Part shown: in pieces, positions 23,201-38,500 of the stretch
How positions within the stretch are numbered: position 1 is the stretch's first letter
How the letters are laid out: each line of letters opens with the position of its first letter
Assembly: GCA_030390025.1 (NCBI GenBank)
Contig: CM059429.1
Coordinates: 143,158,001-143,222,000 of the forward strand
DNA: 64,000 nucleotides
Direction of reading: 5' to 3'
Source: Squalus acanthias
Lineage: Eukaryota
Notes under the pieces: generated by a model
The model's database searches: none
Told to the model about the DNA's origin: nothing
Seen by the model: only the letters and a program-made list of their open reading frames with translations
Made by a program: the position numbers and the translations under genes

Positions 23201-26200
23201 GCTTTATCTGCAATGACTCACTATACAATGGAAATGATTTTGAAAAGGAAAGTTAAAAACCAAAGAGTACCTTAATGCAGACAGAAGCAATATTGTTAAA
23301 TTTGCATTTCTAATACAACTGAGCAGTTCTCAATTATCAAGAATACTTATCGCTGTGTATCTGGTTTCATAATAAATTAGAAAAAATAGGCTTTAGTTTG
23401 AATAGATATTTTTAAATTAAAGGGGTGGGGAATAAATTAACACCTTAAAGTTCAAATATTTATCCAATGTACAGCAGACCAGACTAGTAGCCATTTAACA
23501 TGACCCTAAAACCAGGCAGCATCATGTAAAATCAGAGATATGTGCAATCATCTAAGTCAAACTTTTTTAAAAATCTTAAATTCAAGGGATGCTGTTTTCA
23601 CATCTTGATTGGAAAGCATTGAAAAATTGTGCTCAGTTATAGTCGTCACCTGCTAATTTAGATGAGTTTGTTTTTCTGGCTCTCGTGTTGAAACTCCCGA
23701 TACAAGTTGTTAGTTCCAGTTCAAGCTTCTACCTATATAATTGGCTGATGATTTATCTACTAATGCAAATTTCATGAACCAGTTTTCTAAATGAAGCATG
23801 CTACAGCATTCCATGTTAGGGAGGCAGGATCATTCTCAACCTGCAGATGTTTAGTTAATTGGCCAAACAGAGAAAAACACAGCTGGGAATTTGAAAATTA
23901 ATAAGCTGAAAAAGTAGATAAAATCTGTAAAAGCTTGGTTATTGATTCCTAGTTAGAATTTGGCAAATTTTTACTTCTGTAGATATAAAACCAATATTTT
24001 GTCCTTTTGAAGTATATAAATCTTTCACCACCTTCAACTCCCTACCTAAATTAGTCATCCAACTAACTGTAGAGTTATCATAAACAAGTTAGCTATATTT
24101 TTGTTCCCATCCAACAGGGTACTGAATTTTAAATTAAATTCTACAACCACATAGCTATTTTGTTGGTGATATGATCATCTGTAACAGACCACTAAATTTT
24201 AAGTGTTGGAAGTAACTTCCTACTTCTGACACCTTAAAAGACAATCAATTGCTTCAAAGTTAACGCTGATCCCAAATACCGATGTTGGTTCAGCAACTAT
24301 TCAAAATGTTAAGCCCCCCTAAAGAATAAGCAATTTCCCAGAAATTCCTGACTAAATTTTTTGACAAAAATATTTTTCCACAAAAATATTTTTCCAAAGT
24401 GATCAGTAGTATACTAAAGGCCCCTTAATCATTGAGGTTCAATTCAGTGGTTCCAGTTAAATTTATACAAATGTGTTAAAGGATTGAATACACAATTAAA
24501 AAAGACACACAACTGAAAAGATCTGCAAATGTGTAGCTACGTCATTCATGAATGAAATACTGAGAAAAACTAACACTAAACGGGGCGGAATATTTAGTAC
24601 CAGAAATAAGCAAAAACACCAAATGAAATCAAATAACTAAATTTGTCAAAGTGTAAAATTTAATATCCTGACAGTTTAGTTCTTACAGTTTCCCAAAGGT
24701 TAATCTTTGCACTTCTAATTGAGTTCATCATGAGCCAGAAATGATACTGTACATTGTAAGTTCATATGGTTATACCAGTACACAGCAATATACAAATCAA
24801 TGCTTAACAATAATGCCTTACTGTTGCAATGTGTCAGTATACAATTACAATGAAGTGTGCATTCACACCAGTTTATTGTTGGAAATACTTTACACACAAC
24901 ATAATGTCGCATTCCTGCTTCTAACCTCAAAGGCTAGAGCCATTTTAAACTTTCCATTACCACTCTTCAAAAAGATCATGCCATTTATTGTATTAAAAAA
25001 ATTCACAGTAAAATGTTGCACAACTGAATACGAGTTAAACTGAAGCTGCTGCATTAGTAATATAAGACATACCATCCTGTGATGTAAAAATTCTGAATCC
25101 CAGTGAGGATCAGGGTTAAAGAAACTGTATGGACCTTGATGGCTACAACTTGTTGATATAAATGGGGTAAAATAGTTACTTAAAATTTTTCCTCATTTTG
25201 CTTCTTTCATATTCACACTGTTTTTACTGCTCCTGCCAAACTTTTTTCTTAGTCATTTTAAATGAAGTGGTCAATTGACCAAGTCAAAATATTGAATGGT
25301 CACGATAGCTAATATACAGTTTAATTTAGATTAGGCAATACTGCCCTTCTTCCAGCTATACCATGGTGATCAATTGTTTATTTATAAGGTTGCTACTAGC
25401 CAACTGACATTGAAGTTCATTTATAGGCACTGTAGTACAAATAAATGGCAAAGGCATTTTTTTCATATTTACGTACACTAGATTTATGGATGGAGAATTT
25501 TAAACTTTATTACCTATTCGCATCTTGGAAATACTTTTTCTTGTAAACTAGTTAAACTTGCTAGTGTTGTACCCTAAACCCTTGAAACAAGTTGTGTTAG
25601 TTCTGCAAATTACTAATTAGTGGTCCATTTTAACATTGTGTACCAGGTCAGCATTATTCTGTTGGGTTTATTTTCAAATCACTGGTAATAGGCAAACTTT
25701 TCTTGGGAACTGTAATTATTTTTCACCAATAAAAACCGCTTCTCTTCAAGATTAGTTTACAAAAACAATGAAGACCTCTTTCAACTAGATGGGAAAATAT
25801 TTAGATCAGTGGTTTGGGGCAATCATAAAAAGTAGCCCAGTAATAAACCAAACTATTCAGAGGCCAAGCATTTTGAGGTCATGCCAACAGACACTCAATG
25901 GGGCAGACTGCTCCAATTTGTAGTTGATGGAAGGACAAGGGAGATCCTGATCATCAGAACACAACATTTTCTGGGCAATTAGAATGGTTGCCTAAACACA
26001 GAGTGTCAACACAGGGTCAAATTATTTATCCAATAATATGGTGAAACTGGAATAATTTATAAAGGCCTATCTGTCAAACAACTGTTTTGAATCAAACTGA
26101 AAATCTTGAGCAGCCACTTTGTACGAATATCTCACATAACATTAAATAAGGAACCAGATTTAGAATTATAAACTATTACTTAAATAGCTATGTAAAACCT

Positions 26201-29200
26201 CACTTGCACATCGATTTGGTAAATGGAAGAACTGGATCTCTTTATAAACCCAACAGCAAAGACATTAGAAATTTTTTAGTTTAATAGATAGGTTAATTCC
26301 TCTTATTTCATACCTTGTCATTTCACTTCTGTAATAAACTCTCCAATTCAGTATAATGTTTTATCAAGAACTGCTTATTTTCCATAAAGGGTAAAAGGGT
26401 AGTAAAGGGGTCTTCATTAAGCAGCCTGCAAATTACAAGCAGCATACAAGGTTGTTTAATGTGGCCAGCACCTTCGAGGTGGCTCTATGTCAACATTTTC
26501 ACACATTTAGGAGAATCCTTAAAAGTTTGGTACATTTGTTTTCATGGCGAGCAATGCTACTACTTAATGAGGAGCAATGCTGTTACAAATTAGTTGCAAT
26601 CTCTCTTGCAGTTCATCAAGGCTAGACGTTTTCAGTCATAGATCAAGATTTTGATCTTTTTTGGAAAAGCTTCAAGCCATGCATCCAGAAGAACATCACA
26701 GGTAGTTGTCTTTATTACCAAGTTCTGAATTTGTGTTAGACTGATTCAAAAATATACGGACCACATTCAGTGCAATTGTTCTGTAATTAAACAGGTTTAT
26801 AACTAGCATTGCTCAATTACCAATTGATAAATCTGGGAAACTGGAAAGCAAGAATGTAATCGTCCACAAGAACAAACACTGATTTTTTGCAGTATCCTGC
26901 ACCATCTCCCTTTCACTAAATATTGATGATTTTACAAATTCTATTTTTTTTTTTAAACCTAGTCAAATTGCTGAAAAAAGGCTATCTTGATGAAAGTGAC
27001 AAAGAGTCTGGCAAACAGATTTTTACCACAATTGTTTATGCAAACTATAGTCATAGGTTGAGTGTCTATTGGATCTCTTTGAAGGCAGCATTCTAAAATA
27101 TCACCAATTTCAACTGCCTTAATAGCAACAGCTTTTGTTTATGGTTACTGTTGAAATTTTGTGTGGTTATTTTAGGAGAACTGCATCTTGCCCCAGAGCA
27201 ACAAACCCTTCAGGATACCATTTTGGAAGTTTCCCTTCAGCTTTTGAGTTGCTGCCAACTGAATTTCAGTTTAGGGCTTTTTGAAATTGGGCTGTTATCC
27301 CAGTCCTACCAAGAAGTAATAGCAATTAGTACAAAATGTGAAAGCAGAACTAGCAGCTTATGCAAAGAAAACAAACCGAGGCATCTTTAAGGACTAATTG
27401 CAGTAAACCTAAAGTTGACTTGAATCCTCAACGCTAAGATGCTATCATTACACATTAGCTACTGTTTTTTGCGACATTTGCACTGGTAAAGGTCCGACAT
27501 TTGTAACCATCTATCAGAAGTTTACATAAAAAATCGTCAGCGTATATGTGAACACACTCAACTATGGTACTGCATTAAGGTGCACTGGATACAGGGACGT
27601 CCGCAGGTTACCTGTGCTGCAGTCTTATTGTACAAGAAATACACCATGCACATGAGGGGATAGCTCAATGCAGTTGAAAACCTTACAGTTACACCCGCTG
27701 AGTTGTTGCACATCTTCATTCAGACATAATGAGTTAATAAATCATGAAATTTACTCATTGGCAACAGTATCCCTTTTTTCTTGGTCATCTACAGAATTCA
27801 TACAGAGAATACAGTAAAAGACCACCAAAAATCATATCTACATATCATTTTAGGCCAGCAAAAGCTGTCTTTTGCTTTAGTTCCCATAATTCCTGATTTA
27901 AACAAGTTCAAATGTGATCAGATGCAACCAATTAGGTTCATTCCTTAGGAATGTTTACATTCGTGATGTGGTCACGTGGAAATACTGAATAACAGATTTA
28001 TTTGGACTCTTCATTCTGCCAGCTACCCACTGAACAATCTGCATGAAAGTTAACAGTTTAGCTTCTTCTTTAAAGGAGGCTCACTGGCAGTCCAGGACCA
28101 GAGGGTGAGAAGGAAGGAATACCCTGAACCAAAATGAGTTATGCAAGATGCTGAAAAAGGCAAAATACATCGCCCATTTTCTAGAATGTTATATTTAATA
28201 TATGTCAACAGTAGGCACCTGTAACCACATTGTATATTGGTCTGGTTGGAAATTTTGGGATTCATGTATTCCTATTTGATTTATTTTGTTGTGAATAAGC
28301 TGGATGTAATATTTTTTTAATTGATTTAATTTTCAACGCCATTATGTAGATATACTTTTTTATATAAGAAAGGAATACTGCCTATTGAAAAACTTTTTTT
28401 TTTTAAAAAAAACCTTCCAATAAATAACACATCTAAAGAATATAAGCCTGCGGACGTCCAAAATTGGATAATATGTACACTTTCAAAACTATGAACAACT
28501 AGGCAGTGAAAAACAGTTATGTTCTCACACACAAAGACACACCCAAAACATACAAAAATACTATATCTTAAACTACCAAGTAAGACGATTTAATTTTTTA
28601 TCTCATGCCATGACTTAAGAGCAATACACTGAAACGAACAAGGATTTGACAACAAAAAAAACCTTTTATCCCAGAAATATACCAAAATATACATCTAAGC
28701 TTTGGAATTACTGAGGTTAGACTAATGCCTGCTGGGTAATTGCATTTAATACACAATTCTAAGGTTGCAAAGAAGAAACAAATCTTTGGTATCTGCATTA
28801 GGCGAATGTTAACATTTGTATTTTGCTTTGGGATAGAGCTTGTATGATCCTACAACCCCCATTTAGTACTCAAAAAATTTTTCACTGAACACAAAAAATC
28901 CATCTTTCTCCACACAAAAAAGTACTGAGTCTCTATCTAGCACAAGGTTGAGGAATACAATGCATAGTTGCACAGTGGTATTATGAAAAGGAGATGAAAC
29001 CTTTGTAAGCAAGCTACATCTTTTTTAGTCTTCATTTTTCTTTCACAAAATGAAACGGCAGCGTCCAGCCTGTTACAGTCAGTTCTGAAGAGCACCTCAG
29101 TGTGTATTAATCCAGATCACCCAGCCCAAAGGGATAAATGCCCCTCAGAAGAGCCAATCCTACCACAGGAGTCTCCAGTCTTTTAACCAATCAAATAACA

Positions 29201-29929
29201 CATGGCGCTCCACTTTTAGCAGTCCCTCTACTGCTTCGGTAGACAGAATGAAGCAGATTTCTTTTACTTTATATCACTGTAAGCAATTCACACTTTTGGA
29301 ATAAGATTAGTGTAGGACTGAAGACATTTAAAAAAAAAATTTAGTTCATACAATCATTAATAAGTCTTTGGTTTTATCAGCACAATGTAAGGTTGCTGGC
29401 ATGTAACAAAAGCACTAAGCATGACAGGAAAGACCATCACTAACATTTACATTCAGAGAGTGAGTGCTATTCTCAGGGTATTTTTAATGATGGACACAAC
29501 ACCCTTACCTGATCTGATACAAGATTGTCAAAATTGAACAGCCATTTGTTATTCAACCAATATTTGGCTACTAGCACTACTGTGCAATCGTCTGTTTGGA
29601 CTTGGGTATAGCTGAGGGATAGAGCCAAGGAAAAGAATTACTGCACAGTGACAACTGTACACGACAAGGTATGAAGATGTATTCTAGTTTCCAGTGGACA
29701 CAAATGCACCTCGTCAGGGATTAGGCTTGTGGTATACAAGCACATAAACTGTAATTTTTGTGTTTAAGTGTGTGGCCTTAAGAGATTGACAATGAAGCTC
29801 CCAATATACGTGAACACATCAATAATCGTCAATAATTTGGGCTGAATGTTCAAGAATGTATTTATCCATCTGATTTACATACATAATAGTAAAAATTCAG
29901 CAAGTTAAATCAGCCTACATTTTCACTCA

Positions 29930-30200
29930 GCTAGGTTTAATAGCCTGTCCCGACGACCAGATACAAGAGAGTTTCGGTCGCCGAATACTGGGTTTACATC
30001 TAGCGGGATACTCGTGTCTCGTGGGAGTGAAGTGGTGACCCGCCAGTTCTCCCAGTAGAACGTTGCGAGTCAGGCCAACGACTTGCCTGGGTTATGTCGT
30101 GGAAATAGCCAAGAGCACGATCTATTGGATATAAAGCAGGGGAAGCAATGGGTTGCCTCATGTGCCGTTAGGCACGGGTGAGAAGAAGGTGGTGGTGGTT
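29930..30200 (+). mobile_element. CpG-rich island, possibly the 3' end of an RTE-clade non-LTR element
   Basis: Abrupt GC/CpG rise. One frame ends ...KQWVASCAVRHG* followed by a short (ggt)n tail, which resembles RTE-type termini. Confidence 0.35.
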
Positions 30201-33200
30201 CAACAGTTTGGCTAAAATTTCAGTGGGAGGGAGAGGTGTGGAGGGCATTAATGGCCAAGTAAGATGAACACAATGAAGAAGTTAAGGGATTGCAATATGC
30301 CCAATGTTTACTTAAACTTTAGTTGTCAATTCTGACTGCTGTTATTCTCCTGCCGTGCTAGTGCTGATGCATGCCAGATTTTCTTTTAAAAAGTATACAG
30401 TCAGTGGCAGGTTCAGCCACTCTGAGGGGGGGGAGATTAAAGCGAGTTACTCAATCATGAGTTAGAAATGAGGTATACAACAGCTCCTGTACCTAGGACA
30501 AATGGTGAAACCACCATTTAAGCAATTGAGGAAGAAAATGAAATAATCATACCAGGCGAGTAGACAAGTGTAACTTAGGCATTTCCATTTAAAATTTGTA
30601 AGATGCTCAAGTAAATAGGTCACCAGACAAGGTATATTCCCCCCTTCCTCGTAATTCCAGTAGCAAAAACAATCATGTAAAGTCTTGCTGCACTGATGAC
30701 TCCACTGAATATGATGTAATTTCAAAACCCACCATTGCACAGGACATAACAATCCCTAGGGTAGTTAGTGCAGTCACAGATACTTGCAAGTCCCTAAACT
30801 TCTATTTGGGATATTAATAGCTGCTGATCAGACAGTATGATCATTTTTAAAGGTATCCCAATGTATTGATAATCAAAATATGGAGGAATACCAATTCACT
30901 GAGAGTATCAGCTTTCTTTCCTCAGGTAACTAATCTCTACTACAGCTAAATTACTACTCTATTACAATTAGAATGGTCTATGATTAAGCCCACAATAAAA
31001 CAAAACCTACTCATTAACCAGTAATTTCTGCTGCAGATCAAGACTGTGACAATATCCCAAATGCACCAGAACTTACACAAAAGTAACTAACTGTATGATT
31101 GTCCTATGGTAGATGTGATGCTTTTACAACTTATATGGAGGTTTTTATATCAGATATTTGAATAAGGTTGCTATAAAGATCACACAAAGTTAACTATATA
31201 AACCTGTCTGGTATTCATAGCAATCATGGGAATAAATCTGACATAGAATTTCATTTTCTTCCTCAGAACTCCTTCATTTATTAATTTACTATACAACCTG
31301 ATCCATACTTTTGTTCCAAGTGCTCTTCTTGAATAACTGAAATGGATGCATCAAGACTTTCTTTTTTACATCATTCTCCAAGACTATGTAGTTCTTTACA
31401 AAACCAGCCACTAAAATGAGAATCAATTCTACCTTCATAACCCACTAGGGCTCGTCTGTTAGTAAAATTTTCATTTTTTGTCTACATGAAACTCAAGGTA
31501 ACCAACCTTCTGTACTTTCAGTATCCACCAAATTGGTTTTCCTGCCTTTCCTTATCAATTCAAAGCGAGGACTTTAATACCATTAATGAAGCTGTGTGTA
31601 TCTACCAATTAAAAGCTAACAAATTTATTTTGCTTTCTTTGAGACTTTCTAGGTGAAAACAGGAGGGGAAGAAGAGTAACAACAGGTTTAAAGGCACCAC
31701 TTCTGACTGCGTTCACCACAGAATCAGGTGTATAACTCTCGCCTATATATAAATCACTAGTTTATATGCGTATTATGCATATCAACAGTTGAAAAGTTGA
31801 TGAATTATAAATTGCTACCCTATATAATTGAGGGGAGGGTGTAAATATAGGCATGAAATAGTGATATGGATCAGATCTTACTGCACAAGGAAACACAGAA
31901 AATGAGTAACTGGTTAACCCACAGTAAAAGGAAAACTGTGTAATTACAGAATTATTGTAGCGTTTCAGGCCTCAAGAGTCAAGCATTTTTAAACCACAAT
32001 TTCACCATGCTTCTCTGTACTTATAGTTTATAAGTAAATACACGGGCATATCAAAGAAAGCATAATAAAGCTAAAATAGTCAGACATCACTTGCTTCTTT
32101 ATATCCGAGTCAGCTGCAACGCTTTCATTGGGCACTTCGTACGAATACAGTATCGAGAGCCAGGCAACATTTTTAATACTGCACCAGGGATGAGCAAAAG
32201 TTTTGGAACATTTCAAATTTCTTTTTGAAAGAGGGGGGGGGGGGTAAGCCAGAAAAAGGAAAATTACTGTACAGATTGTCTGGGAGCTATAGCAGGTGAA
32301 TACTGAACTCCCAAAGGGGTAATTTCTGAATCCTTATCTCAAATGATATTCAAACTCACAAATGTCACAAACAGAAAATATCACTAATGCACAGATTCAG
32401 TTAGGTGGATAGGGATAAAAAGTATGCTTTTTCAAAATTAAAAATTAATTTGTAGTAATAATGAATGGCTAAATAAATAGAAAACAGGTGAAGCATTTGG
32501 GAAACACAGGAATACTGAAATAATCATCCAGACACCATGTGATCTTTTCTTGCAACTATAGAATGTAAACCAGCAACAATAGTAGTTTTTGATTTAATTC
32601 CCCCCAAAAAATAATTTGACCCAGCACTCGGATGCCAACAGTAACCAGACTACCAGAGCAGAGTGCTCGTCAGCAGTGTAAAACACTGGCAAGACTAATC
32701 CAGCCCAACAAAAAATGTTCGTATCCCTCAATCCCAAAATTATGAATAAAAGGGAGAATAAAAAGAGTGATTAACTAAATATAGGAAAAATAGTAACACT
32801 TTACTTGAAAGTGGAAATATTTTTACTAGTGAAAAAACTAGAGGACCAAAAGCTGCCTGTTGACAATAAACATCCCCGGACAGGGTTTGTGAACTCCAAA
32901 CTTTTTGTTCATCCCCATATTACAGAATGTTATGACTAAGTGATTTGATAAGTATTACTTTAACATGGACAGGCTAAAATCATGGCAAAGATAACTGGCT
33001 ATTTTAGGAAACAAAACTCATTCAGTTACCTTGTTTGGTGGGGCAAGTTAAATTACCAAATATCTTGACACAGCAATTTTAGTCGGGAGTATTGTAATGC
33101 CCAACCTTGGTACCACCTTAAATTTCTAATACAAATGCACAGCGAACATCAACACTGACCAATATTCATAGACTAGCATCAATACTAGACTATTGCTCTA

Positions 33201-35299
33201 TGTAATGGCACTAGAATGGCATTAGTTATACAGGGCTCACAAGTGTAGTTCTTCAGTGACACCACTGCAGCCCTCTCTTAGAATTTTAATTGCCCACAGT
33301 AATGTCCAGTTTTGCAATAACTTTGGATATTATTGATATTAAACCTACACTAAGGAAAATATGCCAAACAGGCAGGCAAACCTTGGTAGCCATCTATTTT
33401 TGGAGGGTAGCACTTTAGCTGAATTAGTGATAATATTTAAGGGTGTGCAATATAATGCATTTATTAATATTGTTTTCAGGCTGCTAAAATGTAAACTACA
33501 ATACTTAAAATATAAATAGTTATAAAATTTAAATAGTATTTTTTTAAAAAGCAAACCAGATTCAAAAGTCAGCCATTTCAAAATGTAATCAATTAGACAT
33601 TTTTCACAGCTAGATGAGTTATATTGCATGAAACTTAAAAGGAAACTGACAAAGGCAGGAAAATACACAATTGACAATAGTTAATTTAACACATAAATCA
33701 TGTAGCTAAAAACATATAATAATAGTAATCATAGCCCAAAATGTACATACAAGAGGTTAGATGGACAAAGTTGCCACCTAAGTTACTTGATATAGTCAGT
33801 TATATGGACTTTCTCCAACTCATCCTCATGACACATAAAGAACATTATTGCACACCCCTAATATTTGCTAGTATAGAACTTTATCTTAGAAAAGTCAAAT
33901 CATGCCACTGATGATTCCATAGCAACCTTTGAATCCAAATATCAGATTTAAAATTACTCCTGAATCCATCTGTATGACACAATCTGGTTTGATACTTTGA
34001 AATGACTACCAAATTGCTGCAAATTCTCATTCCACCAACTGGATGCACAAATGAGAGCTAGGATAGTCAAAGTGTTAAGCATCTGTTACTCTAAAGCACA
34101 AACCAAATGCCCGGAGACAACCGTAGCCACTTATCAACACAACTGTTCTTTGATCAGTCAAGCAGGTGCAAGGAGCAGGATATATTTTTGGTCTAGACTG
34201 AATTGTTTAGCATTGCTATCATCAACAATAATAATAATACAAAGTTAAAAACTTACTCAACTATTAGTGTGACAGACACTACATTCAATTTACAACACAG
34301 ATAAAACATGTTCACTTTTTCCTTTTTTTTTTTAGAAAACACGTTTTCTATAGTGGAACCCTCTCCCATCCCCTGACATTGTTGAACTAACCCCTTTCTA
34401 ACAAAAGCCCAGTGGAAAATGAACGGTATGGTACTGCTTAAAAATGTAGAATACAAACTTTAACTAGTTTAAAAACAGTGAGATGAGGCATGCTAAAACT
34501 TAGGCCACATATTAATTGAGTTGCAAAAGAAGGCGTTTGCTTTGGCAAATAGAATCACAAAGTAATTGATTTCTTTCTTTAGTTATCAAGATCACCTTTT
34601 AAAGAGAGAAACTAAATCCATAAACATTTTTTTTAAAGTACAGTCTATCACCCAAAAATCAATATCTACATTCTAAATCTACAATCATATCCACCAGGAA
34701 TAGTTTTTGCGTTTGCAAAGCAAGCCTGTAATTGCTAAGCGATGCTGAGGTATTTCTTTTTTCATGGAAAGATTGCAATGATGGAAAACTTTGCTCATGT
34801 TTTACTTATAGGGTGCGAGATGTCTCATTTCCCAATGAAAATGTTTGCACAAATAGCTTAAAGCCATCTTTTTTTTAATTTAAAGAATTTAAGGTCATAA
34901 TATAGTGGGTAATATTAGTAAAGTGTTATGATGGGATTTCCCCCCCCCAATTTAGCTCACCTAAAATGGGGCAAATGCATCATTATGTGATTTTATTTCT
35001 TGGTCTCCCCATTATTTACACAGGAACCACTCAATGCCATACAGCTTTCAGAAAGGACGATGACGAGGTGTAAGCTCATGACAGCTCCATAAACCTCTAA
35101 AGAAAGCACAATTGTAATGGGGCAAGTAGAATATCAGTTTCCTCCTTTCAGCCCAAAAATGGAGTACCCTGAAATGGTGCTTACCCTATCCTACCATGAT
35201 AATCATATCAATGACAATCAGCAACTTATTACTCCAGCTGCAGGACTACACACCATGTAAAGACATTACTGCTGCTAGAGGACACAGATTTAAGATAAC

Positions 35300-35550
35300 T
35301 GACAAAAGAAGCAGAGGAGAGATGAAGAGAATTTTTTTACACAGCGAGTTATGATCTGGAATGCAATGCCTGAAAAGGTGGTGGAAACAGATTCAATAGT
35401 AACTTTTAGAAGGGAATTTGATATATATGGGAAAATTTGCAGGGCTATGGGGAAATAACAGGGGAGCAGGACCAACTGGACAGCTCTTTCAAAGAGCCGG
35501 CACAGGCATGATGGGCCAACTAGCCTCCTCCTGTGCTGTAAGATTCTATG
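35300..35550 (+). mobile_element. Short CR1 3'-end fragment
   Basis: gagaatttttttacacagcgagtt...ctggaatgca...cctcctgtgctgtaagattctatg. Confidence 0.85.
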
Positions 35551-38500
35551 AATTCCATGGAGAATTGTAGAAGGACAATTTCTACATTTTGTGCTCGGGA
35601 GACAACCTGATCAAATCAACTGATTTTAATAATAAAACAAGTTATGTCTGTAGCAAGGGACGGATCTTATTCGAAGCTTTAATCAACTGGTTCAATAGTG
35701 CTGTCATATTTGAAGAAGTAGGATATTGCCACAAGTAGTGAATTGAATCCTCAACAAAGAGTTGCGGTCAGTTTTACAATCAATTTAAATTTGATATTTT
35801 GTTTCGGGGGGCAGGGAAGAGAGGAGAAAAATGGCGATTATACACTGTACAGATAGATATTATAAATCTGTATCAATTACGTTCTCATTTTGATTATTAA
35901 GAGTTAATGAACCATGAAATAAACTGTAACTACAATATAGGTGCCTACAGGGTTATACATTCTCCACTTCAATGAAGTCAATTTCTAAAAACTGGATAAG
36001 GTATATCTCCTGGAGGACCACTATAACAGCTTTGACCTGGTTGATGGTGCCTGTCCTGATTGATTGTGGCAAATTCTGTACTAAAAACTTTAACTCCGTC
36101 TCTGACACACATTGGTCATATACCCAAGTAAGAGTATATACAGAAAGGGAGCAAAACGTAAAATAAAAGTGTGCACTTCAGTTGTCAAACAATGCAAAAA
36201 TGCTGATTTCATTCTAAAGATACGTCAGAACAAGGGCACATCAATATTAAACTAAAATAAATGTTGGGAGTCTTTTAGAAAATGATTAGCGATTAGCTGA
36301 TCAAGCTGTTAAAAATGTGATCATGCTCTTGTATTAGAACTGGGCAAAAAATGTTCACCATGGAAGTAGGACTCAATCTAATGCTTAAACTGAGATGAGG
36401 TATACCCATGTATGCTTAATGTACATCTAAATTATTTGGCTTAGTCCAGTGTACATATACACACACACACCTTAAAATTTAGTTTTCAAGTCAAGCTTTT
36501 GAAGGCCAAAGTCAAAAGCTTGTTACTTAAAGGTTAGGTACAGCATAGACATGCATTACAAATATGCTAAATGTATGCACATATTGCATTACATTTTTTG
36601 TAATTAAAATTCTGAGATTCAAGCATTTATACAACATATAAAGTATGACCAGAAATAAAATCATATAGTCCAGGGATATGGGAAAATAGATCAGATCGAT
36701 ATGAAGAGTCACATTTAGCCTGGTTTATTTTAGAAACCAACTTTTTTATGCATAGTCAATGAAAATATACATATTGCGCCAACAGAGGGCCAAGTTTTAG
36801 ACTGAAGTCAAGAACTGTATTAAAACTGCCTATAGGCAGCCTGAGGAGGAGGAATATTTGAGCCCATGTCTCAAAAGGCAACAAGGCAGCATTTGAATTT
36901 GGTAATGCTATTGAAATGCCTCCATTAGAACATTTTGCTACCTTGTTAAGGGATTTTACATATTTAGATTTGAAATTTAAGCCTCTAACATTCAAAACAT
37001 TTAAAACAAAAAGATCTAAAAAAGCTTCTGCTGCAAAAAAATTGTATGACGACTTAAAATACTAAGATTAAGCCAACATTTTGGAAATTTCTGTAAAACA
37101 TAAGAGATTAGGAGAGTTCAGAAACATGGGTAAAGTATTCTTCATGGAGAAAATTGATGGTTAATTAAGTGCACTTCCAGATTTCAACATTTCGAGAATG
37201 AATTTATGATTTAACGTCAATATTATCCCATCTTAATTAGCAACTTCCATTTTACAAGCTTTACATTAAACTGAAAAAAGTCAAATTCTATTCAAGTGGA
37301 TTGATTTTAAGCCATGGAAAGATGGTAAAATGGGACAATAGCATAAATGGTAATTTTAATCAATTAAGAGCATGAATTGTAATCACAACAGCTCTGAATT
37401 ACTTTCTGCTCCCAATTAAAATTACTCATTTTAACTGTTAAACTCTGTATTCCCTATATACCATTCAATTTCAAAAACTTGCTAACACAACCCATCCTAT
37501 AGACACACCTCAATGTCACATAAGCCATCAGAGTCTGTAATGTTGGTGCAAATGGTACTGCCCAGCTCCAATTTGTACAAGAGCAAAAAATAATCCCGAA
37601 TGAAAAATCATAGTTTTGATTGCTTCATCCTCAAACTACCACATTCCACAAATTAAGCAGGATTCTCTTTGCAACAGATAGCAAAATATTAACCCATTAA
37701 GGATGAGTACAAAATTAGAGTTTTCTCCACCTTATTTCCAGTTGTCTTATTCAGAGACACAACGAAGATTTAAAACTAGCCCAGTTGGGTTCAAAACTTA
37801 AATACAAACTGAGGTCTGAGGTCAGCTGCAAAGTGTTATTGAAAAAATTTCAATGGGAGAATTTCCTCAACTTTTGTTTCACTACCTCTGTCAACGACTA
37901 GCATTCAGTTTTGTTTTGCACTTGAAACCAAAATAGCTATCTTAGATACACTTCTAAGCTTATTTTTCTTCTTGCTGCTTTTTAGAATATTTGCTATTTT
38001 TGGAGCAAATTACTTAAGTGGAAAAATCAGGTGCAACAAAGGTTTCTCAGAAACTGTAAAAGCCTTCAGTCCTCCAAAGGGTTAACAATAAACTAATGAA
38101 CCAGTTTTGTCCTTTAATTCAAATCTACTTAACATAAACAACATACAATGAAAGCTGTCCCCAAAATACACTGGGCTGACTTCAGTTGTACCAACATGGG
38201 CTGAAACTCACCTGGTCAATTTATTTTCTATATGTCATATGCATAATTCCCTAAATGAACAGCTAGTTCGGCAATCTGTCCTGAGCCATGCTACCTGGCA
38301 AGTCTGAAATGTGCGAGTAAGCACTGGTCAACTCTAGGAAAGCACCTCACCATTATTCAAACACCCAGCTAGCATTAGGTACTCATGGGGAAATCTTTTC
38401 ACTGCATGGCACATTGAATTTGTGAACCAACACAATTTAGCATTAAGCTCAGATTCAATTTATTACTGAAACTGATGTGACTGTAGACAGCTGGTCTTTA

